The notes below the pieces were generated by a model. That model ran no database searches and was not told where the DNA came from. It saw nothing but the letters and a program-made list of their open reading frames with translations. A stretch of DNA of 62,517 nt, counting the filler, from a bacterium (GTDB lineage Bacteria; UBP15; UBA6099; JAJRTR01), in assembly GCA_024278215.1 (NCBI GenBank). It is 4 parts of 4 records of this genome, joined end to end, with 100 filler letters (N's around TTAATTAATTAA, not from the genome) between each part and the next. Parts side by side here need not be neighbours in the genome. Positions count along the whole stretch, not along the records: positions 1 to 21,305 come from JAJRTR010000085.1; 3 more parts are not named here. One strand, given 5' to 3'. Shown one piece after another: positions 10,257 to 19,436 of this stretch (position 1 is the first letter of the stretch; the number at the start of each line of letters is the position of its first letter). Both the position numbers and the translations under genes were made by a program.

Positions 10257-11089
10257 GTGGCGGCCATACCGACACAAGCAAACAGGCCGCAATTCTCACC
10301 GACACGACAAAATGTGTCGGTTGCCAGAAATGCGTCAAGGCCTGTGTCGAAACAAATAAGACGGGTGATCCCGTACCCTATATTCGCGCCCATCCGGACG
10401 GTCTGTCCGGGACACGCTGGACATCGGTTCTGCGCGTAAGGGATGAAGAACAGGGTATATCGAGATTTGTCCGCAAGCAATGTCTCCATTGCGTGGAAGC
10501 TTCATGCGTATCCGCCTGCCTGGTGGGCGCTATGCAGAAACAGGATAACGGCCCGGTCATCTACGATGCCGACAGGTGTATCGGATGCAGGTATTGCATG
10601 GTCGCGTGTCCATATAAGATTCCTCGTTCACAGTGGGACACCTGGATGCCGTTCATCAACAAGTGCATTATGTGCTATGAGCGGCTTGAGGAAGGCAAGC
10701 CTCCCGCGTGTACGGCGGCGTGCCCATACGGCGCGACGATTTTCGGAACCCGCGAGGAGTTGCTTGCCGAAGCGAAACACCGCATCGCGAAGGAGCCCGA
10801 CCTGTATATCGACCGGGTCTGGGGGGAACACGAATTCGGAGGCACCAATGTTTTTTATGTCTCAGACGTTTCACTCGAAGACCTGGGTTTTCCGAAGGAA
10901 CTCAACGAGGCGAATACGATATCGATTCCGGAAAAGAACTGGCCGATTGTCAGCGCGACGCCGTTTGTATTTACATTTGTATACAGTGGCCTGCTGCTGT
11001 CTTCTTTTGTCATCAGTCGCCGCATGAAGCTACAGAAGGAAAGAGAAGAAGCGGCAAAATCAAGTCACTTTGAAGACGAAATCATCTGA
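10253..11089 (+). CDS. 4x[4Fe-4S] protein, HybA/HmcB/FdnH family, with C-terminal TM anchor
   Basis: CVGCQKCVKAC, CLHCVEASCVSAC, CIGCRYCMVACP, CIMC..PACTAACP; C-terminal hydrophobic helix. Confidence 0.9.
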   Translation: MSGGHTDTSKQAAILTDTTKCVGCQKCVKACVETNKTGDPVPYIRAHPDGLSGTRWTSVLRVRDEEQGISRFVRKQCLHCVEASCVSACLVGAMQKQDNGPVIYDADRCIGCRYCMVACPYKIPRSQWDTWMPFINKCIMCYERLEEGKPPACTAACPYGATIFGTREELLAEAKHRIAKEPDLYIDRVWGEHEFGGTNVFYVSDVSLEDLGFPKELNEANTISIPEKNWPIVSATPFVFTFVYSGLLLSSFVISRRMKLQKEREEAAKSSHFEDEII

Positions 11090-11147
11090 CCGGCCCGGGC
11101 CGGCGCATGCAGTCGGCGGGACATAATATGGAATATGGAGTTATTTG

Positions 11148-12956
11148 ATGAAAAGGCTTACAAGGATTAAAGGAGTACTCTGGGCGCTCGCTATGTTCGG
11201 ACTGGTGGCTATTGTCGCGAGGCTGATAAACGGTCTGGGCGCAACCACAAACCTGTCGGATGCGCTGCCGTGGGGACTGTGGAAGGTGGGTAACATGGTC
11301 GCGGGCGTCGCGCTCGGCACCTGCGGATTCGCTATTGCCGCGGCTGTTTACGCGTTCAAACTCGAGCGCTATCAAAAACTTGCGCGGCCCGCTGTCCTCA
11401 TAGCATTCCTCGGCTACGGCTCCTCCTGCTTTTCACTTTTTCTCGACATAGGGCTGCCCTGGCGTATATGGCACGCCATCGTCTATTGGAACATCCACTC
11501 GTTCCTCTTCGAAGTCGCATGGTGCGTCATGCTCTATTTTTCTATCACTCTCTATGAAACCGCGCCGGTTATTCTAGAAAGAACAAAGTTCCACAAGCTG
11601 GCCCATACGATGCACAGAGTCGCTTTCCCGATAATCCTGCTCGGCATCAGTTTGTCCACACTTCACCACACTTCGCTCGGCTCGCTCTTTCTTGTCAGCC
11701 CGACACGTGTGCATGAAATATGGATGACCATGCTTATTCCCGTCCTGTTCATAACATCGGCGGTCGGCGCCGGACTGCTGACACTTGTTCTGATCACCCT
11801 TATGTACAACTATCTCTATGACAAAAAACCCGACCTGGATGTGCTCGGCAGCGTGGCCAAAGCAGGCGCTATCCTGTTGTCGATCTATGCGATTATCAAA
11901 GGCTACGATATAGTGAACCGCGATATTATCCCTGTCATCCTCAGCGGACAGTGGGAGGGCATACTCTTTATATTCGAATCTATCCTGCTCGTTTTCATAC
12001 CGGTTGGAATAATCTTTTCGGGCCTGGCAAAAAAGAGCGCCAACCTGATGGCTATAGCCGCCGGTTCGGCGGTAATCGGCGTTGTCCTGAACAGGCTGGA
12101 CGTCGGCATCCTGTCTTATTTCCGAACAGCGGGCGCGGTCTACTACCCGTCGCTGCCCGAGATATTCACCACACTCGGCATATATTCCGCCGCCGGACTG
12201 TTTTTCTTCTTCATGGTCGAGAACTTCGAGGTCTTCGATAAACCACCGGTCAGGCCGAAAGACGCAGGCGAAGCACAGTCGCCCGACAGCACGTTCGGCC
12301 CCATCAGGAGTTTCGGCGACGGTGTGCTCCGGAACCCGATACACCGCTACAGCGCAATTGCAGTTGTTTCTCTGGTTCTCGCGGTCGGGCTTTTCAGCAG
12401 TTCGCTCCTGAAAGGCGCTCCGATGCTGTCGGAGAAAGTCGCGCCGCCTACCGCGTTGGACAATGAAAGAATGGTGCTGGTGATTAACGGCAACAAGAAC
12501 GATGTCTCTGTAGCATTCAGGCACGACATGCACAAAGCTATGCTCGGCGGCACACAATCGTGTATCCGATGCCATCATCTCGACATGCCGGACGACAAAA
12601 ATACCGCCTGCTGGAAATGCCACACGAACATGGAACAGAAAACTGATATTTTCAAACATGCATTCCACCAGGAAAAACTCGGCGGCAACGATAGCTGCGT
12701 CAAATGCCATACCGACACATCCCGGCCCAGATGGCGCGATAACACAAAAAAATGTTACGAGTGCCACGAGGAAAACATGGGGATGCTCTTCACTGCGGAC
12801 GATAAGTCCTACGACTACATGGCGCCGAGCTATGTCGATGCAATGCACAAGAAATGCGTCGGCTGCCACATAGAAATGCAGAATACCGTCGACAGGCCAG
12901 CGCTCGATGAATGTTACACTTGCCACGGCGATGTCAAACTTCAAACCGTAAGGTGA
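11148..12956 (+). CDS. NrfD/HybB/HmcC-family membrane protein fused to a C-terminal class III multiheme cytochrome c domain
   Basis: GLGATTNLSDALPWGLW, DIGLPWR, SFLFEVAWC, LSTLHHTSLG; then six CxxCH (CIRCH, CWKCH, CVKCH, CYECH, CVGCH, CYTCH) with FxHxxH motifs. Confidence 0.85.
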   Translation: MKRLTRIKGVLWALAMFGLVAIVARLINGLGATTNLSDALPWGLWKVGNMVAGVALGTCGFAIAAAVYAFKLERYQKLARPAVLIAFLGYGSSCFSLFLDIGLPWRIWHAIVYWNIHSFLFEVAWCVMLYFSITLYETAPVILERTKFHKLAHTMHRVAFPIILLGISLSTLHHTSLGSLFLVSPTRVHEIWMTMLIPVLFITSAVGAGLLTLVLITLMYNYLYDKKPDLDVLGSVAKAGAILLSIYAIIKGYDIVNRDIIPVILSGQWEGILFIFESILLVFIPVGIIFSGLAKKSANLMAIAAGSAVIGVVLNRLDVGILSYFRTAGAVYYPSLPEIFTTLGIYSAAGLFFFFMVENFEVFDKPPVRPKDAGEAQSPDSTFGPIRSFGDGVLRNPIHRYSAIAVVSLVLAVGLFSSSLLKGAPMLSEKVAPPTALDNERMVLVINGNKNDVSVAFRHDMHKAMLGGTQSCIRCHHLDMPDDKNTACWKCHTNMEQKTDIFKHAFHQEKLGGNDSCVKCHTDTSRPRWRDNTKKCYECHEENMGMLFTADDKSYDYMAPSYVDAMHKKCVGCHIEMQNTVDRPALDECYTCHGDVKLQTVR

Positions 12957-13028
12957 ACCCGCACAGGTTTCCCCGGGCGCTGCCGCCCCCTGCCGGGACC
13001 GGCCCTGTGTTATTATGGGTAAGTTTTC

Positions 13029-13445
13029 ATGCCTGAATCACTAAAGAAAAAGATACTCATTGTTGAAGACGAGCCGGATGTCGTCTCATACTTCACGATG
13101 CTTCTCGAAGACAACGGATATACCGCGATTGCCGCCGACAGTGCGGACATGGGCTTCGAGATTGCAGACAAAGAAAAACCCGACCTTATTTGCCTCGATA
13201 TCATGATGCCGCGCAGGTCGGGACTTTCTCTTTATAAAGAGTTGAAAAGGGATGAGTCCCTCAAAGACATTCCTGTTGTAATAGTAAGCTCCTTCGGCCA
13301 GCCCGCCGATTTCAAAGGAACACGTTTTTATAAAATAGTTTCAGGCGCCGACGACATCCCCCCGCCTGAATACTTCTGCGAGAAACCCATATCGCCAAAA
13401 GAACTTCTCGGCATGATCAAAAAACTGACCGGCGGCGGGGCGTGA
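13029..13445 (+). CDS. Single-domain response regulator (receiver)
   Basis: ILIVEDE, PDLICLDIMMP..SG, EKP. Confidence 0.9.
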   Translation: MPESLKKKILIVEDEPDVVSYFTMLLEDNGYTAIAADSADMGFEIADKEKPDLICLDIMMPRRSGLSLYKELKRDESLKDIPVVIVSSFGQPADFKGTRFYKIVSGADDIPPPEYFCEKPISPKELLGMIKKLTGGGA

Positions 13446-13449
13446 AATC

Positions 13450-13992
13450 ATGACGAGAACAAGCCTGCTCCTGCACTCCTGCTGCGCGCCATGCACAACC
13501 TACGTTTACGATCTTCTCGAAAAGAAATACGATGTCGTTGTTTTTTTCTATAACCCGAATATTCAACCCGAAGAAGAATACCGCAGACGAGAGGAAGAAA
13601 TACGGCGTTTCGCATCCGAGAAGTGCTTCGAGCTGATCGTCGGCCCTTATGACGAACCCGGCTGGATGGATGCTGTCAAAGGCTTCGAGAATGAACCCGA
13701 GGGCGGCGCGCGCTGCCGTCTTTGCTTCCGCTACAGGCTCGAAAAAGCAGCAGCGGAAGCCGCCCGGCTCTACGGCATAAAACTTTTCACTTCGACACTT
13801 TCAGTCAGTCCGCACAAAAACGCGAAAGTGATAAATGAAGAAGGCGTGCGAGCCGCGGAAAAGTATGAAGTCGAATATCTCGAATCAGACTTCAAAAAAC
13901 GGGACGGATTCAAGAAAAGTGTCGAGTTGTCGAAGAAACACGGATTTTTCAGGCAGAATTACTGCGGCTGCGAGTTCAGCAAAAAGAGATAG
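13450..13992 (+). CDS. queH: Epoxyqueuosine reductase QueH
   Basis: LLHSCCAPC, FYNPNI, EPEGGARCRLC, SPHK, QNYCGCEFS. Confidence 0.92.
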   Translation: MTRTSLLLHSCCAPCTTYVYDLLEKKYDVVVFFYNPNIQPEEEYRRREEEIRRFASEKCFELIVGPYDEPGWMDAVKGFENEPEGGARCRLCFRYRLEKAAAEAARLYGIKLFTSTLSVSPHKNAKVINEEGVRAAEKYEVEYLESDFKKRDGFKKSVELSKKHGFFRQNYCGCEFSKKR

Positions 13993-14000
13993 TTCAACAA

Positions 14001-14143
14001 TGATTCGTGTGTAATAAGTCATTTTCAAAAACAATGTTTTTATCAAAGTCGGTTAAGATGCTTTAAAATGCTGAACGCACGTTCGTTATAGTCGATTATT
14101 GTTGGTTGACATTTGTCATCTTCGACTTATTACACACGAATCA
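14001..14143. mobile_element. MITE family B, complete copy (143 bp)
   Basis: Perfect 20-bp terminal inverted repeat TGATTCGTGTGTAATAAGTC / GACTTATTACACACGAATCA flanked by ACAA direct repeats; homolog at 26826. Confidence 0.8.
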
Positions 14144-14319
14144 ACAATGCGGGTGAAAAATCGGAAGAATGCCATTATACAAGTCGCGACAGGTGAGTGG
14201 TGAGATATGTCGATAGTATTGTTGTGGAAAAAGGTGTTTTCAGGTGCTTTTTTTGCAGCTATCATCATTTCGCCCCACAGATTCTGCAGGGGAAACATAA
14301 ATATAGTTCGGGAGACAAC

Positions 14320-15555
14320 ATGATTATCGGAGAATACGACCCCGGCATTGAATCGAAGCAGACGGCGATAAGCAACGCTGAAAAGGGATTGTGGGACGCG
14401 GCGGTAATCGGCGCGGGACCGGCGGGTGGCATAGCCGCGCTGCACCTTGCGGCAAAAGGACACTCGGTGCTGCTGCTCGACAGGAAGCGGTTTCCACGCG
14501 AAAAAGTGTGTGGCGACGGGCTGATAGCAGACTCTCTCGGCGCACTCGAACGCGCAGGCCTGAAACAGGCTGTGACGGAAAGAGGCTATTCCACGACAAA
14601 AGGCTCAGTGTACAGTCCGTCACGGATAGAGATGACTGTTCCGGGCGAATATATTACGTTAAGGCGAATCGTGCTCGATACGATAATTACCAACGTAGCG
14701 GTGGATAAGGGAGCGGTCTTTGTGCGAGGCGATGTCGGAGAATTCGAGACGGAGCCGGACGGGTCGGTTACGATCACATTAAGAAACGAAGCGAAAAAGA
14801 TAAGAGCGCGAACCGCGCTTGTGGCCACCGGATGCAGCTTGAATCTGATTAAAAAACACGGCATGGTGCGCCGCCGCCGGCCCAGCGCGGTCGCGATCAG
14901 GCGTTATGTCAGGTCGCTCGAAGAAATAGATACGATGATTGTTTCTTTCGACAGGTCGATTGTTCCCGGCTACTGCTGGGTATTCCCGATGAAAGACAAC
15001 TGGTACAATGTCGGCTGCGGTGTTGCTTTCAGGAACTCGCCCCGCGACAAGGTCGATCTCAAGCATTTGTACAGGACTTTCGCGCATGAATTCCCGCCGA
15101 TGAAAGAAATTATGGCCTCGCTCGAGGAGCAGACACCCCTGCGAGGCGCGCCGCTGCGAACGGGACTTCAGGGCGCAGAGCCTGTCGGCCCTGGAAACGT
15201 GCTCGCTATCGGCGAAACCGTCGGTACGACATTCCCTTTCACAGGCGAGGGGATAGGCAAGGCAATGGAGACCGCCGAGATCGCGGCCGGCACTGTCCAC
15301 AAAGCGCTGGAATCCGGTGATTTCAGCGCTTACAAGAACTTCGCGCGCCTTCTTAATGACAGGCTTTCCGACAAATACATAGGTTATAAGATTGCCGAAA
15401 ACTGGCTTGCGATGCCGTGGCTGAATGATTTTGTCACAAAACGCGTTAATGCCAGTAGATACCTGCACGACGCCATCATCGGGGTCATTACGGAGACTGT
15501 CGATCCGAGAACGGTATTTTCCCTTAAAGGGATACTTGCATCATTCTTCAAATAA
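14320..15555 (+). CDS. Geranylgeranyl reductase family FAD-dependent oxidoreductase
   Basis: VIGAGPAG, FPREKVCGDG, GYCWVFP, PFTGEGI; GGAG RBS before ATG 14320. Confidence 0.88.
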   Translation: MIIGEYDPGIESKQTAISNAEKGLWDAAVIGAGPAGGIAALHLAAKGHSVLLLDRKRFPREKVCGDGLIADSLGALERAGLKQAVTERGYSTTKGSVYSPSRIEMTVPGEYITLRRIVLDTIITNVAVDKGAVFVRGDVGEFETEPDGSVTITLRNEAKKIRARTALVATGCSLNLIKKHGMVRRRRPSAVAIRRYVRSLEEIDTMIVSFDRSIVPGYCWVFPMKDNWYNVGCGVAFRNSPRDKVDLKHLYRTFAHEFPPMKEIMASLEEQTPLRGAPLRTGLQGAEPVGPGNVLAIGETVGTTFPFTGEGIGKAMETAEIAAGTVHKALESGDFSAYKNFARLLNDRLSDKYIGYKIAENWLAMPWLNDFVTKRVNASRYLHDAIIGVITETVDPRTVFSLKGILASFFK

Positions 15556-15694
15556 TAATAATAGCAGGCATAATATAGAATTGAGTATATTGCAGATGAG
15601 GTGTCGTGTTCCCCATTGAGGAACAGAAGGCTCTTCCGCAATCCGCATTATCCGGCAATCGGCTTCCTTAGGGTTTCCGCTTCTACTTTTTATT

Positions 15695-15873
15695 GAGCCA
15701 GTTGCAAAATTATGTTCGTAGCGAGATCGAACGAAATTTTTCAGAAGCAAGGCGAAGGTGCAAAATCCCCGCAGGCGTACTCTCCGAGTACGTTGAGGAT
15801 AATTTTGTGCCGACAACGCAGCTATGGACAATTGCAGTCGATCGCAGCCTAATCATAATTTTACAATTGGCTT
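15695..15873 (+). mobile_element. MITE family A, complete copy (179 bp)
   Basis: Ends GAGCCAGTTGCAAAATT / AATTTTACAATTGGCTT, flanked by TATT on both sides. Confidence 0.85.
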
Positions 15874-16061
15874 TATTGTGTTAATCTATTATAATAGGTA
15901 ATATATGCTGGTTGATAAAATAATGTTGTGTTGGTATTGCAGATTTGGGCAGTCTGACATAAACTGTCAATAAGCAACAAATATCGGTACCCCTGAATCT
16001 CCGGGCTGTTTGATTTTATTTAAGCGTGCACGGGACACGGGCAGATGCTGTCGGAGGAAAT

Positions 16062-18011
16062 ATGTCTTTATTATTAACATCGGTTTTCAGGCCGTTCGGC
16101 GTAGACGACGAATACGGCAGAAAAGAGAACAAGCTCGAACTGTTTCACAATCAGGTTACACGAGAACAGGAAATATTTTCCATAAGGTACAATCATAAAA
16201 GTTTCGGACTGTACTTCATCGCGGAGAATATCAAGATGCCGACGGTAATACTTGATTTCCCGTCGCTGAAACAGTTTCGCAAAGAGTTGCGTAAAGGATA
16301 TGACTACGTGGGCATATCCTTCATTACGCCAAATTTTATCAAAGCAAAAAAGATGGCCGAGATAGCCAGAGAAGTGTCGCCCACGACGAAGATAATACTT
16401 GGCGGCCACGGCACCCGTATACCGGACATCGAGGAATTGATCGACGCCGACTACTACTTTCGCGGTGAAGGAATCCACCAGTTGAGAAAACTTTTCGGCG
16501 AAGATGTGGATGCGCCGATTTCGCACCCTGTGATAAACGCCGCGGACCATAAGCGCGTGCTTGGGCTGCCTATTCCGCAGAATTCGGGTTTGCTCATTCC
16601 TGGTGTCGGATGTCCCAATGCCTGCCGTTTCTGCTGCACATCGGATTTCTATGATCACACATATTATCCTTTCATGAAGACCGGGCAGGAACTATTCGAC
16701 ACGATGTGCCGCATCTCGGACGAACTCGGGACAGAGGAATTCTTTGTCATGGATGAAAACTTCCTGCTGCACAAGGACCGGGCGATGGAACTGCTCGACC
16801 TGATGGAAGAGCACGACAGGCCGTTCACCTTCAGCCTGTTCTCGTCAGCGGAAGCTATCACGGCATTCGGTATTGATAATATGGTGAGGCTCGGCGTCGG
16901 CTATATCTGGGTCGGTGTGGAGTCCAAAAAGATGCTCTTTGAAAAGACGAAGGGGATAGATGTTCCCAAACTTATCTCCGACCTGCGCGCAAACGGCATT
17001 CTGGTACTCGCGTCGAACATTCTTTTCCTCGAACATCACGACAAAGAAACGATATGGGAGGACATCGACTTCGCCATCAGCCTGAAACCGGACTTCACGC
17101 AATTCATGCAGCTCGGCCCGCTGCCTCAGACAAAGCTTTATAAAGATTATAAGGCAAATGGAATCCTGCGCGAAGACATTCCCTACGAAGAATGGCACGG
17201 TCAGCACCGGATATGGTTCGACCATCCGAATTTCACGCAAGAAGAAACGCAGGTAATTATCAAAGAAGCATTCCAGAAGGAATACAATGTGCTGGGCCCT
17301 TCGGTCGTTCGCTGGGCGGATACTATGATAAACGGATTCGAAGCGCTGGACGGAAAAACAGAAGATGAGTTCATGCTCAAGAGATTGGAGCAGAAGAGGA
17401 AAAGATGTGAAGCGGCATATTACATACTTGCGGCATTGAAATGGCTTGCTCCGACAAAGCACATGAAAGAACTCACCATGGACGTAATTCAGCGGTACAA
17501 ATCGCATTTCGGATCGCGCGCTGTAACAAACTGGATCGCGTCGTCTTTCGTTTTTACTGCCGCAAGCATCGCCCGCTTCAAGCTCAAACTCGGCTACGAA
17601 GCGCACAATCCGAAAGCCTACAAAACCCGGTTCAGACTCGAACCCGCAGTATATAAAGAAATGAAAGGCCGCATTGAAGCTCTACTCAGGAACAGGAAAA
17701 CATGGGCGTTTCTTGAAAACCAGGGCGGCACTTATGAGCTTTCTCTGCATTTCAGCGGCACGTTGAAGAAAAAGACTGCAAGAAAACTCATCAAACGCCT
17801 GAAAGACAGACCGCAGTTCTCGCTTCGAGCCGTCAAGATCAATATTACACCTCTGGCCGATGTCAATAATGAGACATTCGAGAAATTCCTGGAAAAGCTG
17901 TCCTCACAGTGCCAGGACATTCGTATATATTGCTCGGAAACGCAGAAACGCCAGATAGAAAAACTCGACAGGTTTGTCAACAAGCGTCTCTGCAAAGTGT
18001 CGACGATCTGA
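16062..18011 (+). CDS. Cobalamin-binding-domain radical SAM protein with C-terminal extension
   Basis: YDYVGISF..IILGGHG (B12-binding-like), GCPNACRFC, MDENF, VGVES; GGAGG RBS before ATG 16062. Confidence 0.85.
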   Translation: MSLLLTSVFRPFGVDDEYGRKENKLELFHNQVTREQEIFSIRYNHKSFGLYFIAENIKMPTVILDFPSLKQFRKELRKGYDYVGISFITPNFIKAKKMAEIAREVSPTTKIILGGHGTRIPDIEELIDADYYFRGEGIHQLRKLFGEDVDAPISHPVINAADHKRVLGLPIPQNSGLLIPGVGCPNACRFCCTSDFYDHTYYPFMKTGQELFDTMCRISDELGTEEFFVMDENFLLHKDRAMELLDLMEEHDRPFTFSLFSSAEAITAFGIDNMVRLGVGYIWVGVESKKMLFEKTKGIDVPKLISDLRANGILVLASNILFLEHHDKETIWEDIDFAISLKPDFTQFMQLGPLPQTKLYKDYKANGILREDIPYEEWHGQHRIWFDHPNFTQEETQVIIKEAFQKEYNVLGPSVVRWADTMINGFEALDGKTEDEFMLKRLEQKRKRCEAAYYILAALKWLAPTKHMKELTMDVIQRYKSHFGSRAVTNWIASSFVFTAASIARFKLKLGYEAHNPKAYKTRFRLEPAVYKEMKGRIEALLRNRKTWAFLENQGGTYELSLHFSGTLKKKTARKLIKRLKDRPQFSLRAVKINITPLADVNNETFEKFLEKLSSQCQDIRIYCSETQKRQIEKLDRFVNKRLCKVSTI

Positions 18012-18055
18012 GTTTTACCGATGATATTCTAAATGTGAATAGTTTGCGGTTAATG

Positions 18056-18084
18056 AAGCGTCCGTAGCAATCCGGGCGCTTTTT
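18056..18084 (+). terminator. Probable intrinsic terminator between convergent genes
   Basis: AAGCGTCCG-loop-CGGGCGCTT followed by TTT. Confidence 0.55.
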
Positions 18085-18093
18085 GCTGATTCA

Positions 18094-18942
18094 TCACAAA
18101 ATGATCTCTTCACTTGGTGTGCGCTGGGCTGTTAAGTGAAGGCTGGTGCCGGATGCGTCGAGAGTGTCGAGAGTGTGCTGCGCAGTGTCGAGGGCGAGCC
18201 GGGGCGCGTTGCAATCCTCACTGAGGTGGGCGAGAAAGACGTGTTTGAGGAGACCTTGTCCGTGTGAAACGCAGTGGGCTATAGCTTCGGCGGCCTGATC
18301 GTTGGACAGGTGGCCGCGAGAGCCAAGCACCCATTTTACAAGGAACGGCGGGCGGCGGGAATTCTTTTCCATGGCCACATCGTGATTGCTCTCGATGACA
18401 AGCGCTTCCACATCCGCTATTGATTTCAGCACTTCCGGAGTCGCTTCGCCTAGGTCGGTAGTGTGTGCCACGCAGGTGTCGCTGCCGCCGTTGCTGTAAG
18501 TTATTCTGAATCCGACAGGTCTGCCCACGATATCCCTGTTCCAGCCGCCGGAGCCGTGGTTTACATTGAAAGCCCTGATTTTAAGATTCTCCCGCAATTC
18601 GACGGTGCCGCTGTCGAAGTATCGGATGAGGCCGACGCGCTCGAGTTCCTTAAATCTTGCGTCGCGCCGCATCAAGTCGTCGCGCGAGCCCGAGTGTATC
18701 ATGATCGGTATGTCATATCTGCGGCTGAGGCCCAGCGTGTTTTTGTCGACATGGTCGCCATGTATATGCGTGGCGAAAATTCCGTTTATTTCATTTATGC
18801 TTGTGCCGAGATTTTCAAGCTGATGCTTTATGTATTTTTGAGGAAGCCGCGCCGCGTCTATCAACAGCCGGTAGTCTTCAGTTTCATAAAGCGTGCAATT
18901 CCCACCGCTGCCGCTTCCGAGCACACATATTCTGATTGCCAT
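18094..18942 (-). CDS. MBL-fold metallo-hydrolase, YycJ/WalJ-like
   Basis: LGSGSGGN, THIHGDH, TTDLG, ESNHD, RGHLSN, AHLSEDCN. Confidence 0.88.
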   Translation of the reverse strand: MAIRICVLGSGSGGNCTLYETEDYRLLIDAARLPQKYIKHQLENLGTSINEINGIFATHIHGDHVDKNTLGLSRRYDIPIMIHSGSRDDLMRRDARFKELERVGLIRYFDSGTVELRENLKIRAFNVNHGSGGWNRDIVGRPVGFRITYSNGGSDTCVAHTTDLGEATPEVLKSIADVEALVIESNHDVAMEKNSRRPPFLVKWVLGSRGHLSNDQAAEAIAHCVSHGQGLLKHVFLAHLSEDCNAPRLALDTAQHTLDTLDASGTSLHLTAQRTPSEEIIL

Positions 18943-19076
18943 AAATCTTCTCTTTCGCTACTTTGCAAAGTCATCTTATATTATAATAAAACAGGTAAAG
19001 AATACAGAGCCTCTTGCCTTTTTATAACATTGTTTCATGTAAGATTACGTATTTCCTGGTTTGCGCAGCAGCAAGA

Positions 19077-19367
19077 ATGAAAAAAAACGCATCGAAAACA
19101 TTAATTGGAAGTGAATCAGAGACTGCTCCGCAAGTAGTGCCGGGCGGTACTCACAGGTCCCTGATCTATCTTATTTGTTTCGCCTTTCCGCCGCTCGGTA
19201 TTGCCGCGGGATTATTCTTTATAAGATCGCTGAACACTGAAGACAGAAAATTCGGGACACTCTGCCTGATCGGCTCTCTTTTCATTCTTCCCCTGTTCTG
19301 TGTCGGAGTCGTCGACAGGCTCGGCTATATGAAGGACTTAGAATCCATGCTCAGTTCGTTGTGGTGA
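19077..19367 (+). CDS. Small two-TM membrane protein
   Basis: Two hydrophobic segments (LIYLICFAFPPLGIAAGLFF; LCLIGSLFILPLFCVGV). Confidence 0.55.
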   Translation: MKKNASKTLIGSESETAPQVVPGGTHRSLIYLICFAFPPLGIAAGLFFIRSLNTEDRKFGTLCLIGSLFILPLFCVGVVDRLGYMKDLESMLSSLW

Positions 19368-19436
19368 TAAGTGTTTGCAACCGTTATCGCCGCACATGAA
19401 TATAATGAATTATCAGCATATGAAAGAGGTTTGCTA

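Noticed and set aside
13990..13992. Genome-wide TAG reassignment
   Set aside because: TAG ends queH, nuoM, the DUF192 gene and the phosphoesterase at expected C-termini
15693..15884. Short ORFs inside MITE copies (also 36861-37082, 47471-47668, 49373-49642)
   Set aside because: Frames and boundaries differ between copies; no evidence of coding conservation
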